Shown here in pieces: positions 1-13,564 of a DNA stretch of 36,264 nucleotides; the first letter of the stretch is position 1; the number at the start of each line of letters is the position of its first letter. The stretch spans positions 1 to 36,264 of the forward strand of contig NW_021826222.1 in the NCBI RefSeq assembly GCF_006345805.1, written 5' to 3'. Origin of the DNA: Octopus sinensis (taxonomy: Eukaryota). The translations under genes were made by a program, and so were the position numbers. Under the pieces are notes generated by a model. The model worked only from the letters and a program-made list of their open reading frames with translations, searched no databases and had not been told where the DNA came from.

Positions 1-39
1 ATTATTACATTCGTATATGTACATACTTACATCTATATG

Positions 40-1097
<1,058 letters not shown>

Positions 1098-1214
1098 TAT
1101 ATATATGTATATATATACGTATAGATGTATGTACATATACGTATGTATATATGCATATATAGATATATATTATTTATATTATTATATACATACATATTTA
1201 TACGCTCACACATA

Positions 1215-1347
1215 TCACCCACAATTTCCATCAACCAAATTTCAAGGCTATATGAGAAAAGGACGCATGCTCAAGGTGCCTCACACTGGAACCGAACTCA
1301 GAATCATGAGGGTGTGAAACAAACTACTTAATCACACAGCCATATCA
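1215..1347 (-). mobile_element. SINE family B, diverged 5' fragment
   Basis: Reverse-complement similarity to the head of 12644-12800 (CAAGGTGCC..CAC..GAACCGAAC, ACTACTTA..CACACAGCCA). Confidence 0.6.
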
Positions 1348-1423
1348 ACAGGATCCATAAGAGTCTACGTTCAGTTTCGTGTGTAAATATATATCATACA
1401 GACTAATAAAAACATTCTTTTTC

Positions 1424-1426
<3 letters not shown>

Positions 1427-1459
<33 letters not shown>

Positions 1460-1484
1460 TTCTACCTATCTATCTATCTATCTA

Positions 1485-1534
<50 letters not shown>

Positions 1535-1552
1535 ATTATCTATCTATCTATC

Positions 1553-1619
<67 letters not shown>

Positions 1620-1662
1620 CTATCTATCTATCTATTTGTCTGTCTGTCTGTCTGTCTGTCTG
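1427..1662. repeat. (TC)n/(TCTA)n/(TCTG)n microsatellite
   Basis: Directly visible. Confidence 0.97.
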
Positions 1663-1984
1663 TACCTGTGTGGGTGTGTGCGTGTGCATGTATGTGCATG
1701 GCAAGCACTCATCTCTGATTCAGTTTCGGTTTTGCTCTATTGTTTCATTGTATACAGTAAATCTTCCGTCTGTTTCTACGATGATCATTCAATCGATCGA
1801 TCTCCTGAAAATCCGATTCATTAAATTTAACGTGTAAGTTGCCGAATATTTAACACGGACATGCGTGCACTTAACTTAATTCTGCCCACCCCAAACCTAA
1901 CGAGTGTAACACAAGGTTGACCCTTTGAAATACAAATATAATCTCTCTGATAGGTTTCCACACAGTTTCCATCATTCTAATTTC

Positions 1985-2250
1985 TCTCAAAATATTTATG
2001 GTGAAGGTTAAAGTAACATCTAAAAAATTAAAGTGAGGTAATAAGTGTATTTCCCTAAATGGTTTTATGAGATCTTTCTTAAATCTACCTAGTTCGTGTT
2101 TATTCATATTGCACAAAATACCATCGTCTCGGTAAAGTCCTCCTATTGTTGTAGCAAATCTATTATGCAAAAGATCTTGCATATAAATGATTTCGCTTCA
2201 TGGTGGCACAAAATAATTCATATAATTCATTAACGCGATTATACATGCAT
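1985..2250 (-). pseudogene. Degenerate PLE reverse transcriptase fragment (GLYRDDG type, Naiad-like)
   Basis: ORF 1871-2182 reads GGLYRDDGIL...FKKDLIKPF...NFLDVTL, i.e. the RT catalytic motif and the following PLE motif. The AT-rich sequence to about 3200 may be more decayed ORF. Clade name is tentative. Confidence 0.75.
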
Positions 2251-3557
2251 GGAAATTCCGTATTCTTGTTTTTCTATTTTTTTTGTTTTTACAATCTGGA
2301 TAATAAAAAGAGATGGAAAACGGCCAGAGGTATATAAAATTATTAATGGGATTTCATAGCTGTATCTTGTATAAAACATGTATTTTAAAATAATGAGATT
2401 ACATGATGTTATTATTTGAAGAGAAGAGTTATAAATTTTATTAACATTTGTTGTTAATAAAATATGGGAAAAAGGTTTTCAAGTGGATGGAGGTTAAATT
2501 ATGATATGGTTAATTTTTGTAATAAAAATGGATATTAATATAATTTATAAAATTTATGAAAAGGAAAGAAAGGTGAAAATAAATAAAAACAAGAAAACAT
2601 GGATGTATCTTATGTGATTTCTCTAATTAAATAAACTAGATGAACAAATCATATGAAAGAAAAATAGACGGTATGCAAATATTAACATATATTACAAAAA
2701 CAGTACCATATAAAATAAAACTAAATTAACTAATTAACTAAAAGGTAAAATTTAATTAACGAAGATATTCAGTATTTAAAAAGTATTATTTGACAGTGTG
2801 TCACATAAAGTATTATCATTTGACTATATTAGTGGTTTAAATTATATGAAAAAGTGGTACATTATCAGTTGCTATTAGAAATTTCTGGTTTTGGGTATTG
2901 ATAAATTTGAGAGCTGTAACCAGAGGATTTGATATAGATATGCCGAAAAGGGATTATGTTGCTTATCAGGAATAATATTTTGCAAGAGAGAACCTAGGTG
3001 GCGTGGTTGAAGTTTTGTTAAAAAATCTTTTGATTAAATGAAAATTTGCCAAGTTGGTTAAAGATCAGAAAGCAGTATGCGTTTCCGGACTGTGTATACC
3101 AATTATAAGTGGTCGTTTAACACTAGTACCCCTATTAAAAAATTCTATGAGGGGAAACTAGAGAAGTTCTATAAACGATTGCATCTCTAATTTAATTAAA
3201 TATACGGTCGAGCCCCACGTATGTAAAAGAAAGTGAGTTGAAAAATTTCGATTGTCTGAGACTACCTCGCAATGAAGAGACGTAAACTCTTAGTGTGTGG
3301 TGTTTAGTATATAAGAACAACAAACAAACAGTTAATTCTAATAATGTCAGCAGACCAAGATTTTTAGGAAATTAAAGGTGGAGCAGTTTAGAATGGTTAA
3401 GAAATAAAGTTGGCCTCGGTAGGATTGTGAAATTTGAGCGTAGAAAGTTGGAACAAAGATCGCAAAGTATTCAATTCGATGCACTAATATCTCTACTAAA
3501 TCAATACTTGGCAAAATAAAGGGAAAAGGAAATAATTCTGAAATGTAAATGCGTTAA

Positions 3558-3794
3558 GGCGGCGAGCTGGCAGAGACGTAAGCACGCTGGGCAAAATGCT
3601 TTGTGGTATTTCCTCCGCCGCTGCGTTCTGAGTTCAAATTCCACCGAGGACGACTTTACCTTTCATCCTTTCGGGGTCGATAAATTAGGTACCAGTGACG
3701 CACTGGGATCGATGTAATCGACTTAATCCGTTTGTCTGTCCTTGTTTGTCCCCTCTATGTTTAGCCCCTTATGGGCAATAAAGAAAGAAAGAAA
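3558..3794 (+). mobile_element. tRNA-derived SINE family A (A1 tail), full length
   Basis: GGCGGCGAGCTGGCAGA A-box head, GAGTTCAAATTCC B box, CTTTCATCCTTTCGGGGTCGATAAATT core and AAGA-repeat tail; matches 33499-33728. Resembles described octopus SINEs, but the exact family name needs a library search. Confidence 0.92.
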
Positions 3795-4499
3795 TTAACA
3801 TTCGGCTGGTATTCATTTTTTAGTTAAATAGAATGGGACAACGTGAAATGAGGGCGGCTTGCTCATGGGCATAACTTGCCGTCCGGTTAGTAAACGATCC
3901 TACGAAAAGCCAAACGAAAATTTGACCTCAGTGGGATTTGCATTTAAAATGTAAAGTACTGTCACAAAATGGAACAATACCACACGTCATTGTTTTGTCT
4001 GGAATTAATTCTACCAATATCCTGATAACAATAGAAATAAGCGTGTCATATATGCCAGAACAGACGTTAGTGTTACCAAGATGGAAATCGCAAAAATTCA
4101 GAGGAAATTGTGTGGTGGGGGTGGGGGTGGTTGAAAGTTCCAACCAAAAGCAGCATGCAGAAAAGGAGGACCTCGGGGAACTAAAGCATTATACTGGAAG
4201 TTAACTTACAATTAAACGTGAAAAAGAAAAGGTTTTGAAGGAGACATTTAGGGTAAGCACTTGTATGCTGAGAGTGCTGCTGTACTTCATCCTCGTATGC
4301 AGCCTCGATGTCTCATCAGGCGGTGAAGCAGCTCTGTAGGTGTTTTGGCCTCCTTCTATCGCGACATCAGAACAGCCCGGGGACCACCCGTAGCCACCTG
4401 GGGCCACCCACCGATGTAAGCGACAAAGCTCCCACACAACAGCACGAAAAGTAATGTTTGTGCGGGGATGATTTATAAATTCTCAGTACTGGAGCAACC

Positions 4500-4860
4500 A
4501 TCTATCAAATACATATGTCTTTCTACCTCTTGTGACTCCTATTACGCCTCATCACTCTAGGGGATCTGTACTAACGTTTATATATATATATATACGGATT
4601 CTTCCTCTTCCGAGCGTCAAACCTTTGGAATTTCGTCTCCGACTATGTTTTTCTTTCCCCGTCTGACTTCATTTAACACATGTTAAAGCTAAGCCTGTAA
4701 CACATCAGTCTGACCAGTCACTAAACACATATGAAATTCATGGGCACTGGTCCTTCTTCCTGCTTCCTGACATCTTTGAAGTGTAGGTGTCTCGTCTGTG
4801 ATCACTAGAGATTTTCAATTAAGAAGAAAGAATCCTTGACTCCGGCACTTGACTCACACT
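4500..4860 (+). mobile_element. 3' end of an L2/CR1/Jockey-group LINE (ORF2 C-terminus and 3' UTR)
   Basis: About 4586-4680 translates to GFFLFRASNLWNFVSDYVFLSRLTSF, resembling the SFFxRxxxLWNxLP end motif of these ORF2 proteins. Confidence 0.55.
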
Positions 4861-4867
4861 TTACTTA

Positions 4868-4975
4868 TCAACCAATTAAAGGATAAAAAGCAAAATTGAC
4901 CTCTGCAGAATTTGAGTCCAGAGAGAAAAGCATAAGGACAATTATACCAGGCGTTCTATCCGACGCTCTAAATAT
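4868..4975 (-). mobile_element. SINE family A, diverged fragment
   Basis: AAAGGATAAAAAGCAAAATTGACCTCTGCAGAATTTGAGTC resembles the reverse complement of the family A core and B box. Confidence 0.65.
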
Positions 4976-5324
4976 TCGTCTTCGCAGTGTCTTCTTTCCA
5001 TTGATTAGAATGTGGTTCATGCCAAACCCAGATTTTTGGTAATGCAACAGTAATATATATATATATATATGTTTTAAAGCTGACTTCTTTGTGCAGATAA
5101 GCAGTACGGAAAGCCGAACCCTGAAAAAAAAAAAAAATTTTAAGATTACGTTGAAGGCCTTTCTAAAGCTTATCACGTGATTCTTAGGAAATGTTGCTTG
5201 AAGTTCAAGCTCAAAAGAAAGACCAAAAACAAAAAAAAAACAGGTTGTGTCCTTCACCTGTTAAATAAGGAACACGTGCACACAAACAGAAGTACACATA
5301 CACTCACGCACGCACGTACACACA

Positions 5325-5574
5325 CACATACATACATGCATATATTCCCTTACTCATACATACATACATACATACATACATACATACATACATACATACA
5401 TACATACATACATACATACATGCATACATACATACATACATACATACATACATACATACATACATACATACATACATACATACATACATACATACATACA
5501 TACATAAATACATACATACATACATACATCATACATACATACATACATACATACATACATACATACATACATAC
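5325..5574. repeat. (TACA)n microsatellite
   Basis: Directly visible. Confidence 0.97.
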
Positions 5575-6042
5575 GTAGAAAAAGAAATGCTTTGCTCTTC
5601 CCTCTTCTCTTGTCAATGCAAGCCATGACAAGATAAAGGATTTATTTAACAAACGGGGAACAAAAATCAATACTGCATTATTATGTGAAATTGTTCTCGA
5701 TGGCTTAATGTCTATAATTGTGTATAATTTGTGTATAACATGAGTATCGTACTTATTCTTAGCTAAGAAAACCCAAGGACAATATGTCTCGACCTACGGC
5801 AAAGAGAGAGAAACACAGCATCATTCACAACCTTTTTAATGCATGATATCAATTCGTAAATTGATAACGTTGATAGGGCAAGGAACTATTTTCATAGCAT
5901 GTAACACCGCACAGACGTTCTTATCTGATGATAACTTACAGCTTGGACATATGACACTTATCGAACATTATTATTAACGACCTATTCAAATGACAAGAGT
6001 TATAAAGTCATTGCAGAGCTGAAGAGGGTGTCATGTGCAATA

Positions 6043-6056
6043 GTAATAATATAATA

Positions 6057-6129
<73 letters not shown>
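6043..6129. repeat. (AAT)n microsatellite
   Basis: Directly visible. Further (AAT)n/(GAT)n arrays lie at 6689-6774 and 6980-7083. Confidence 0.97.
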
Positions 6130-6131
<2 letters not shown>

Positions 6132-6134
6132 TAA

Positions 6135-6688
6135 ATGCCCTAATGCAGTATTAGGCAGTGGTTCTCATGGATTCAGGTCTTAACTGATTCGAAGTGTTAT
6201 CATGTACATTGTCTTGTTCTGGTATAAAAGATGGGCTACAGCAAATATTCTGCTCAATACCGCAGCTTGTTTCTCAGTTGTTTGACCTCAACCAGTTGAT
6301 CATGTCCCTTGGTAGCTGACAATATGTGCATCTCTGATCTCGAGCAGAGGTAGTGAGGGGGCATCATAGCCATGTGTTGAGGGGAATTCTTTGGAGTTGG
6401 ATAATTCACCTCTGGAAACATGGGTGTTTTGTTCAACATCCTTAAACAACCCTTATTCAAGGACCATTAGAGCAGGATGGGCTACTCGAACTGAAGAGGG
6501 TTCTTGCTGGGCCCCACCTGCAAGGTCATGCACTGTTAATCTTGATATGAGATCACCATGTCGCGCACATATGTTTGTGGTGCATGTGTTTGGTCTACCC
6601 TTATGAGACGGGTAGTTATGATGTGTATATTGGGCTTCGTATATTTTAGCTCAGTGTCACTTTGATGGCATGTGCTGCTCTCTCACTC
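6135..6688 (+). mobile_element. Non-coding element of about 550 bp embedded in (AAT)n; possibly a Dong/R4-clade non-autonomous derivative or UTR
   Basis: Sharp boundaries against (AAT)n on both sides, higher GC than the flanks, no credible ORF. The clade is inferred only from the target repeat. Confidence 0.55.
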
Positions 6689-6734
<46 letters not shown>

Positions 6735-6741
6735 TAATAAC

Positions 6742-6772
<31 letters not shown>

Positions 6773-6776
<4 letters not shown>

Positions 6777-6979
6777 CAAATTTTTACCACAAGGGCAGCT
6801 TGAGGGAGGGGATTAAGTCGATTATATCGACCTCAGTGCGTAACTGGTACCTATTTAATCGACCTCGAAAGGATGAAAGGCAAAGTCGACTTTGGCAGAA
6901 TTTCAACTCAGAACGTAGCGACGGGCGAAATACTGCTAAGTATTTCGTCTAGCATGCTAACGATTCTGCCAGCTCAACG
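6773..6979 (-). mobile_element. SINE family A (A2 tail)
   Basis: Reverse complement of head, B box and core; tail TTTCAAATTTTTACCACAAGG. Confidence 0.9.
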
Positions 6980-7073
<94 letters not shown>

Positions 7074-7199
7074 CAATGACGACGATTTCTTTTATTTGTC
7101 AACAGCGCGACGGATGAAGGAGATATCAAAATAGACACAAAGTGTGGGGATTTACATAGGATGGAAAGATTAAAGGAAAATGTAATGTAAGTCCACCGA

Positions 7200-7381
7200 T
7201 TTTATAAGGGAGTGGGTTAGTCGATAACATCGACCCCAGTACTCGAGTGGTACTTTATTTATCGACCTCGAAGGGATGAAAGTCAAAGTTGGCATTGATT
7301 TGAGCTCAGGACATAAAGAACTGTAAAAATTCTCTCTCGCTGAGCATTTTATTCCCTACTCTAATGATTCTGTCAGTTCGT
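7200..7381 (-). mobile_element. SINE family A, diverged
   Basis: TCGACCCCAGT..TGGTACTT..ATCGACCTCGAAGGGATGAAAG core. Confidence 0.8.
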
Positions 7382-7509
7382 GTTGAAAAGGAAAAAGAAA
7401 AAGAAATAAAAATAATGTAAAAAATATATGGTACATAGAGAGAGAGAGACGGAGAGAGAGAGGGCGTAGAGAGAGGGCGAGAGAGGGCGAGAGAGAGAGA
7501 AAGAGAAAG

Positions 7510-8112
7510 AATTTCTTTATTCACCATAAGGTTGAGAAAAAGAGGGGACAATACGGGGTCAGACAAAACAAACGTTGGGGTCAGGGTATCGAATGAGACG
7601 AAACGTATGAATAAACAAACAATTAAAATATATACAATTAAATGAGAATGAGTGATTAACAAAAAATGAAGCGGAGGACGCGGTTGACCCTACAAACCAC
7701 ATACCCACACTGAAGACTTCGCTTTCTCCTTTTTTACATTCTTGATTAAACAGGTTCTTTCACTCGCAACATACTTGCTATATACTTCCATCTTTTACGA
7801 AACACACTTTGCGACAGGCATTTCTTCTCCAGCCTTATTTTCCGTTTCATGTGGAAAACGAAAAAGTCGATTAGCTCGAGACTGGAGATAAACATGCCTG
7901 TTGCAATTCCTTTCACTCTCGTCTTCCATACTACTTCTTTCGCCACAGCAACTACCGAGAGAAAACAGGCTCGTTCCTCACTATTCAGGGAGGTCGGCGG
8001 AACGATCTTAATTACAGATTCGCTCGACAGTTGTACTCTTCTCGAATGCGACAGCAGGTGTTCGACATAAGCCCAGAGTTCAGTCACCTTGGGGCATTGC
8101 ACAATCGCGTGA
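7510..8112 (-). mobile_element. 5'-truncated L1/Tx1-clade LINE: ORF2 C-terminus (7746-8102) plus 3' UTR
   Basis: HAIVQCPKVTELWAYVEHLLS...VAKEVVWKTR...FRKRW resembles the zf-RVT region and C-terminal tail of Tx1-like ORF2. AATAAA lies at 7516-7521 (minus), and (GA)n flanks both sides. Confidence 0.75.
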
Positions 8113-8133
8113 GAGAGAGAGAGTCATCTATAG

Positions 8134-8423
8134 CAGTGGTTCTCAAACTTTTTTGGATTGCCGCCCCCTTGACACTCAGATCGCATTCCTAGCCCCCCCC
8201 CCCCCGCACCCCAACTAACCATCACAAACATAGACCTCTTTCTGAAGCAAATTCAAAGCAACTGTGTTTCACAAATAAAACTTAACCTAGTAAACCCATT
8301 ATTTTGTTGTTTCCCATTATCGCCCCACTTTTTAGATGAATTACTACCACATTATCACCACACTTTTCTTCAAACTTTCCTCCGCCCCAGGGGCGGCAGT
8401 ACTGACCACTTTCGGAAACAATT
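8134..8423 (+). mobile_element. hAT (Charlie-like) MITE
   Basis: Left TIR CAGTGGTTCTCAAACT, degenerate right TIR CACTTTCGGAAACAATT, and 8-bp TSD ATCTATAG/ATTTATAG (8126-8133, 8424-8431). Confidence 0.7.
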
Positions 8424-8726
8424 ATTTATAGTATATAGAGCATTCAACATACCCCTAAAGTGTAAAGTAAATATCTTCCCATGTTAGGAAATTGAAAGCG
8501 GAAATAGAAATTCGAGCCAACCAGTCACGCCAGGCACTTTACTCACGCTCATCTTTTAACACGTTTGCTGGAAAATAGCACAAGTCCCTTGCATTTTCAT
8601 TTGTCATCTTTCAGTCGTAGTTGAAAAAGACGATAAGAGCCTTACTGAAGAGGAGAGAGTTGTCTCACTGCTTTTGCTATTTCATCCGCCAGATTTCTTC
8701 TGTAGCAAAATTCGAAACCAAGTCGA

Positions 8727-8922
8727 GAAATTGACAAAAGGTCAGTAATTTTGAGGGAGTCGATTGTATCAGCCCCAGTCCTCAACTGATGCTTTATTTT
8801 ATTGACCCCGAAAGGATGAAAGGCAAAGTCGATCTTGCCGGAATTTAAACTCAGAGTGTAAAGACGGACGAGAGGTCGCTTAGCATTTTGCCCAGCGCGG
8901 TAACGACTGTGCCAGCTCACCG
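8727..8922 (-). mobile_element. SINE family A (A2 tail)
   Basis: GACCCCGAAAGGATGAAAGGCAAAGTCGA core and GCCAGCTCACCG head, reverse-complemented. Confidence 0.88.
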
Positions 8923-9698
8923 TTTTTGTGTATGTATAAATTAAATATATGTATATGTATGTATGAATGTATTTATACATGTGTATATGTATGCATGTGT
9001 GTATGTGCGAGTGTTTGTGCAATAAGAAAAAGAGAGATAATAGACGGATAGATAGATAGAAAGAAAGAGAGAGAGATGGAGAGATGTAATCTAAACTAAC
9101 GAGCATGTGTTTTTAGCAAACGCACATTCTAAATTTCGTTATGGAAAGCAAACAATGTGATTAAATGATGTGTTTGCTTTCTGTGGTCAGAAAAAAAAAG
9201 CAGAACTTGACTATTTTCAGTGTTTTCAACGTTTGTAAGAGATCCGTTCATTTCTTACCGATATACAAAATAGCAACGAGTAGTTCGCTATTTATAGTAT
9301 ACACAAGCTAAAAAGAAAAATAAAGCAAAAACAAAACAACTTGGATCTATTTGAAATTACATAAGTAATAAAGGTTAAAAAAAGCACAGCTGGAAATAGT
9401 TAATCGATCGTCATTTTCTGGCTACAAAGAGAAAAATGCATGATTTAACCAAATTATTTTTACAGAAAGGTACAAAACACATATTTACTAAAAGCTCCTG
9501 CTCAAACAGTATCTTCTCTTCTAATTTACCTTACCACTGTGTAGGGTAAATAATCTCATTGATTATTTACTTTGCTAGTGCTTGTACTGTTATGTAAATT
9601 AGAATAAAACAATTTACTTCTATCCGAGTGTATATAAATAACTATATGCTACTATGCGCAGACACGGCTATGTGGCTAAAAAATATGCTTTGCAACCA

Positions 9699-9997
9699 TG
9701 TATGTATGCATGTATGTATGTATGTATGTATGTATGTATGTATGTATGTATGTATGTATGTATGTATGTATGTATGTATGTATGTATGTATGTATGTATG
9801 TGTGCATATATATATGCGTGTAGGTATTAGAGTATACAATATGAATTAAGTTAGGCTCTACATGGATACATGCACGTACACACATATATTCCAGCACATG
9901 TTATGATATACTTCAGGTAACATACTGTTGAGTTAAGACAGCTGTTTCCCCATAAACAGGATACATATTCATTTATACTTATATGCATATACACACA

Positions 9998-10050
<53 letters not shown>

Positions 10051-10060
10051 GAATATATGC

Positions 10061-10136
<76 letters not shown>

Positions 10137-10170
10137 GCATATATTCTATTATATATATATATATATATTA
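9699..10170. repeat. (TATG)n array at 9699-9800 and (TA)n arrays at 10002-10170
   Basis: Directly visible. Confidence 0.95.
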
Positions 10171-10847
10171 CGTTACTGTACGTATGCCTTCAATATGTTC
10201 AAGAATGGATATGCACCCCATTGCATGCTGCTGTAAAAACCAAGTGTCGAAAACGCATCTGCTTTGATCTCGTAGTCGGAGTTATGTGTGAGCAAGTTTA
10301 AGACAACATACACATCTCCCTGCTCTCTCTCTCTCTCCCTCTCTCCTCTCTCTCTATATACATACACATGTGTATATTTTAAAGAGACTACTCCATTTTA
10401 TAAATGTATATGTATATATACATACATATATAGATAGATAGATATCTGTGTGAGCGTGTGCGTGGTGTGTGTGTGTGGTGTGTGTGTGTGTGTGGTGTGT
10501 GTGTGTGTGTGTGTGTGTATGTTTGTGTCCCAGCAGTATCTACACCACCTCATATGTATATATATATATTCATATACACATGCAGCGATCATAGAACAAG
10601 TTATTCAACGGCGAAATGTTTATGAATTTATTTTCCTTTAAAAAAAATAAAAATGAATACAAGACAAGCAAGTTAACAAACAGAATTTAAAAAAAAATAT
10701 CTATTTTTGACTTGATAAACATAATTTTAACCTGCACTTTAAAAATATGCCGAGGAAAATATTATAATATATTTGTACTATTAAGGAAATTATAATGGAA
10801 AAAAATGTAATTGCGGCTCCAAAATTCTAATTTGATAGCTGTATGTA

Positions 10848-11413
10848 TTGGGTTGTCTGGAAAGTTCGTGCCGATTTATAGTAGCTTATCTTTCGATTTA
10901 TTTTAGAAAATGGTTGATTCCACAAAACAGGATTTTACTACACCGCCATCTAGAGCACAGTTTAAGCTATCTTTTCGTGGAAGAAGGTTTATGTTCCTAT
11001 AACCTGTGTTAATTCTGTAAACTTTTAAAATGGAAGATAAGAATGTTCCTTTTCGGCACTTGATGCTTTGGGAACCAGACAAACATTGCTGCAGCTCGGC
11101 TGGGATGTGTTACCCCACCCTCCATATTCACCAGATATTGCTCCTTCGAATTTCCACTTATTCAGGTCTCTGCAGAATAGTGTTAAAGGTAAAATTTTCA
11201 ATTCCTTGGATGACGTAAAAAGATACCTTGATGAATTCTTTGCCATGAAAGCATCTCAATTCTGGGAAGAGGGTATTTTCAAGTTAAAGGAAAGATGGAG
11301 ACGCATAGTGTAACAATATGGTTCATATTTGGTTGATTAAAAATGTAATGGCAAGTATTTATTGACCCTTTTCTTTCCTTTAAAAATCGGCACGAACTTT
11401 CCGGACAACCCAA
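10848..11413 (+). mobile_element. Internally deleted mariner transposon (566 bp)
   Basis: 30-bp TIRs at 10848-10877 and 11384-11413 (1 mismatch) with TA target duplication. The N-terminus MEDKNVPFRHLMLW (11030) is fused to the C-terminus LGWDVLPHPPYSPDIAPSNFHLFRSL, which carries the mariner YSPDLAP-type motif. Confidence 0.95.
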
Positions 11414-11541
11414 TATTCATAATATTATTTATATGGAAGCTTAATTTATACCAAATATGTTGACTTTAGTTTTTGGTGTTAGCAAAACAATCATATTGGT
11501 AATAAAGCGTTCGTTGAAAACATACGGAACAAAACAGACTG

Positions 11542-11751
11542 TTTATTCTATTATTTGTTTTTCAGTCATTTGACTGCAGCCATGCTGGAGTACCGCCTTT
11601 AGTTGAACAAATCGACCCCAGGACGTATTCTTTGTAAGCCTAGTACTTATTCTATCGGTTACTTTTGTCGAACCGGTAGGTTAAAGGGACGTAAGCACAA
11701 CAATTGTCAAGCGATGTTGGGGGTAAAACAGAGACACACAAACACACACAG
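11542..11751 (-). mobile_element. SINE family B, 3' half
   Basis: Reverse complement of 12905-13110 (CAGTCATTTGACTG..CCATGCTGGAG.ACCGCCTTTAG). Confidence 0.9.
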
Positions 11752-11844
11752 ATATATTTCCCGAGTGTTAAACTAATACATATGGCGAAGACGAGTGTGT
11801 AACTCGTCTTCGCCTTTTTTTTTGTAAATTCCAACTATATATAT

Positions 11845-11917
11845 ATTGTCCTTACCTTCGTAACGCGGAGTAGATAAAACTGGGGACAACTGATGAAGGG
11901 AATGTTCTTTATGTTGC
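11845..11917 (+). mobile_element. Short PLE-terminus-like fragment
   Basis: GGACAACTGATGAAGGGAATGTTCTTTATGTTGC is shared with 505-535 (minus); it follows a short (TA)n run. Confidence 0.4.
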
Positions 11918-12518
11918 ATTTTCAAAAAGTTTTCATCGTTCTCAACACAATCAAAGAGATGTGCAACGGAAACCCGAGTGTTTTTTTGGTCAGCTGAAAG
12001 CAGTTTGACCCGTTTCTCATACCCAAATCTTCAATGATAATGGACTAAACTGAACCGTAACTAATCTTCACATTTTCTGCTAATTCACAAATGGTGATTC
12101 GACGATTTCCTCTCACAGTTGCATTCACATCTGCGATGTTTTTCTCAGTTCTGGTTGTTGCGGGTCTCCCAGAATGTTCGTCAATATCGACATTTTTTCG
12201 GCCATCTTGGAAAAGCTTGAAACACTCGTACACTTGTATGCGGCTCATATACTTCTCTCCATACATTTTCTGCAGCTTTGTGTAGGTCTCTAAGCAGGAT
12301 CGCCATGACAACTTTCTCTGTCATGGTCAATGCGACGATCGCACGCTACACACCTTCCTTCCAAGCACTGCTGTAAACAACGGAAGTGAGCTAGAACGTT
12401 AAAACTTAGTGTACATGCACAACAGAGTTCAAGGTCAATCTTTACCAAGCGGCTTCACTCTGCGTGCTTTAGCTTTGTTACTATGGTAACAGTCCGGATA
12501 CCTATTGATCAAACCTCG
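11915..12518 (-). mobile_element. 3'-truncated mariner (left TIR plus transposase HTH region)
   Basis: End TA|CGAGGTTTGATCAATAGGTATCCGGACT at 12520-12491. MTEKV (12324) continues into ETYTKLQKMYGE..MSRIQVYECFKLFQDGR..DEHSGRP..RRITICELAENVKISYGSV, then with frameshifts IEDLGMR..DENFLK. Confidence 0.9.
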
Positions 12519-12643
12519 TATGTATGCATACTTATACATAAGATGTGTATGCGAGTGAGTGTGTATGTATGAGTGTAAGTACAGCTCTAAATATGTATCT
12601 ATGTATTCATTAACGTGTGCGTCTATGTATTCAAAAGCATACA

Positions 12644-13110
<467 letters not shown>

Positions 13111-13179
13111 ATATATATATATGGTACGGGTACGTAGTTCTATAAATATACCTAAAGAAAGACGCACACACGCACAAAT

Positions 13180-13227
<48 letters not shown>

Positions 13228-13497
13228 TGGGACAGAAAGACACATACACACACACACTCGCATACACATACTTACGTACATATACGGTTATGTGTGTATG
13301 ATAACGGGAAAGCGAGATTCAGAGAAACGAGAGATTCCAGCAGTTTACTATGTGGGTTCGTTTAGTGCATTGAGTTACCTGTTCAGTGAATCAGTTTTCT
13401 ACTGGATTAAGCTGATGTTGAACGCACTCTAACTTCTCGGCCCTTCTCTACCACATGATCTAGCCTGTAACAGATCACGTGTCAAATATGGGAACAT

Positions 13498-13563
<66 letters not shown>

Positions 13564-13564
<1 letters not shown>

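Noticed and set aside
3558-3650. tRNA genes
   Set aside because: All A-box/B-box regions continue into SINE bodies and lack a complete cloverleaf.
5925-5965. CTGATGA as a possible hammerhead core (also at 522-528 minus, 4313-4319 minus, 11890-11896 plus and 35470-35476 plus)
   Set aside because: None is followed by a closable stem II plus GAAA-stem III-UH and a stem I partner. The 35470 copy is part of the Helitron motif.
6135-6400. HDV-like ribozyme at the start of the (AAT)n-embedded element (ATGCCC/GGGCAT pairing)
   Set aside because: The putative P3-L3 hairpin is not adjacent to P1', and no P1.1 or J4/2 could be assigned.
10203-10301. [13 protein letters not shown], an ankyrin-like TPLH motif
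   Set aside because: Single short match, weak splice sites and no second repeat; compatible with chance.
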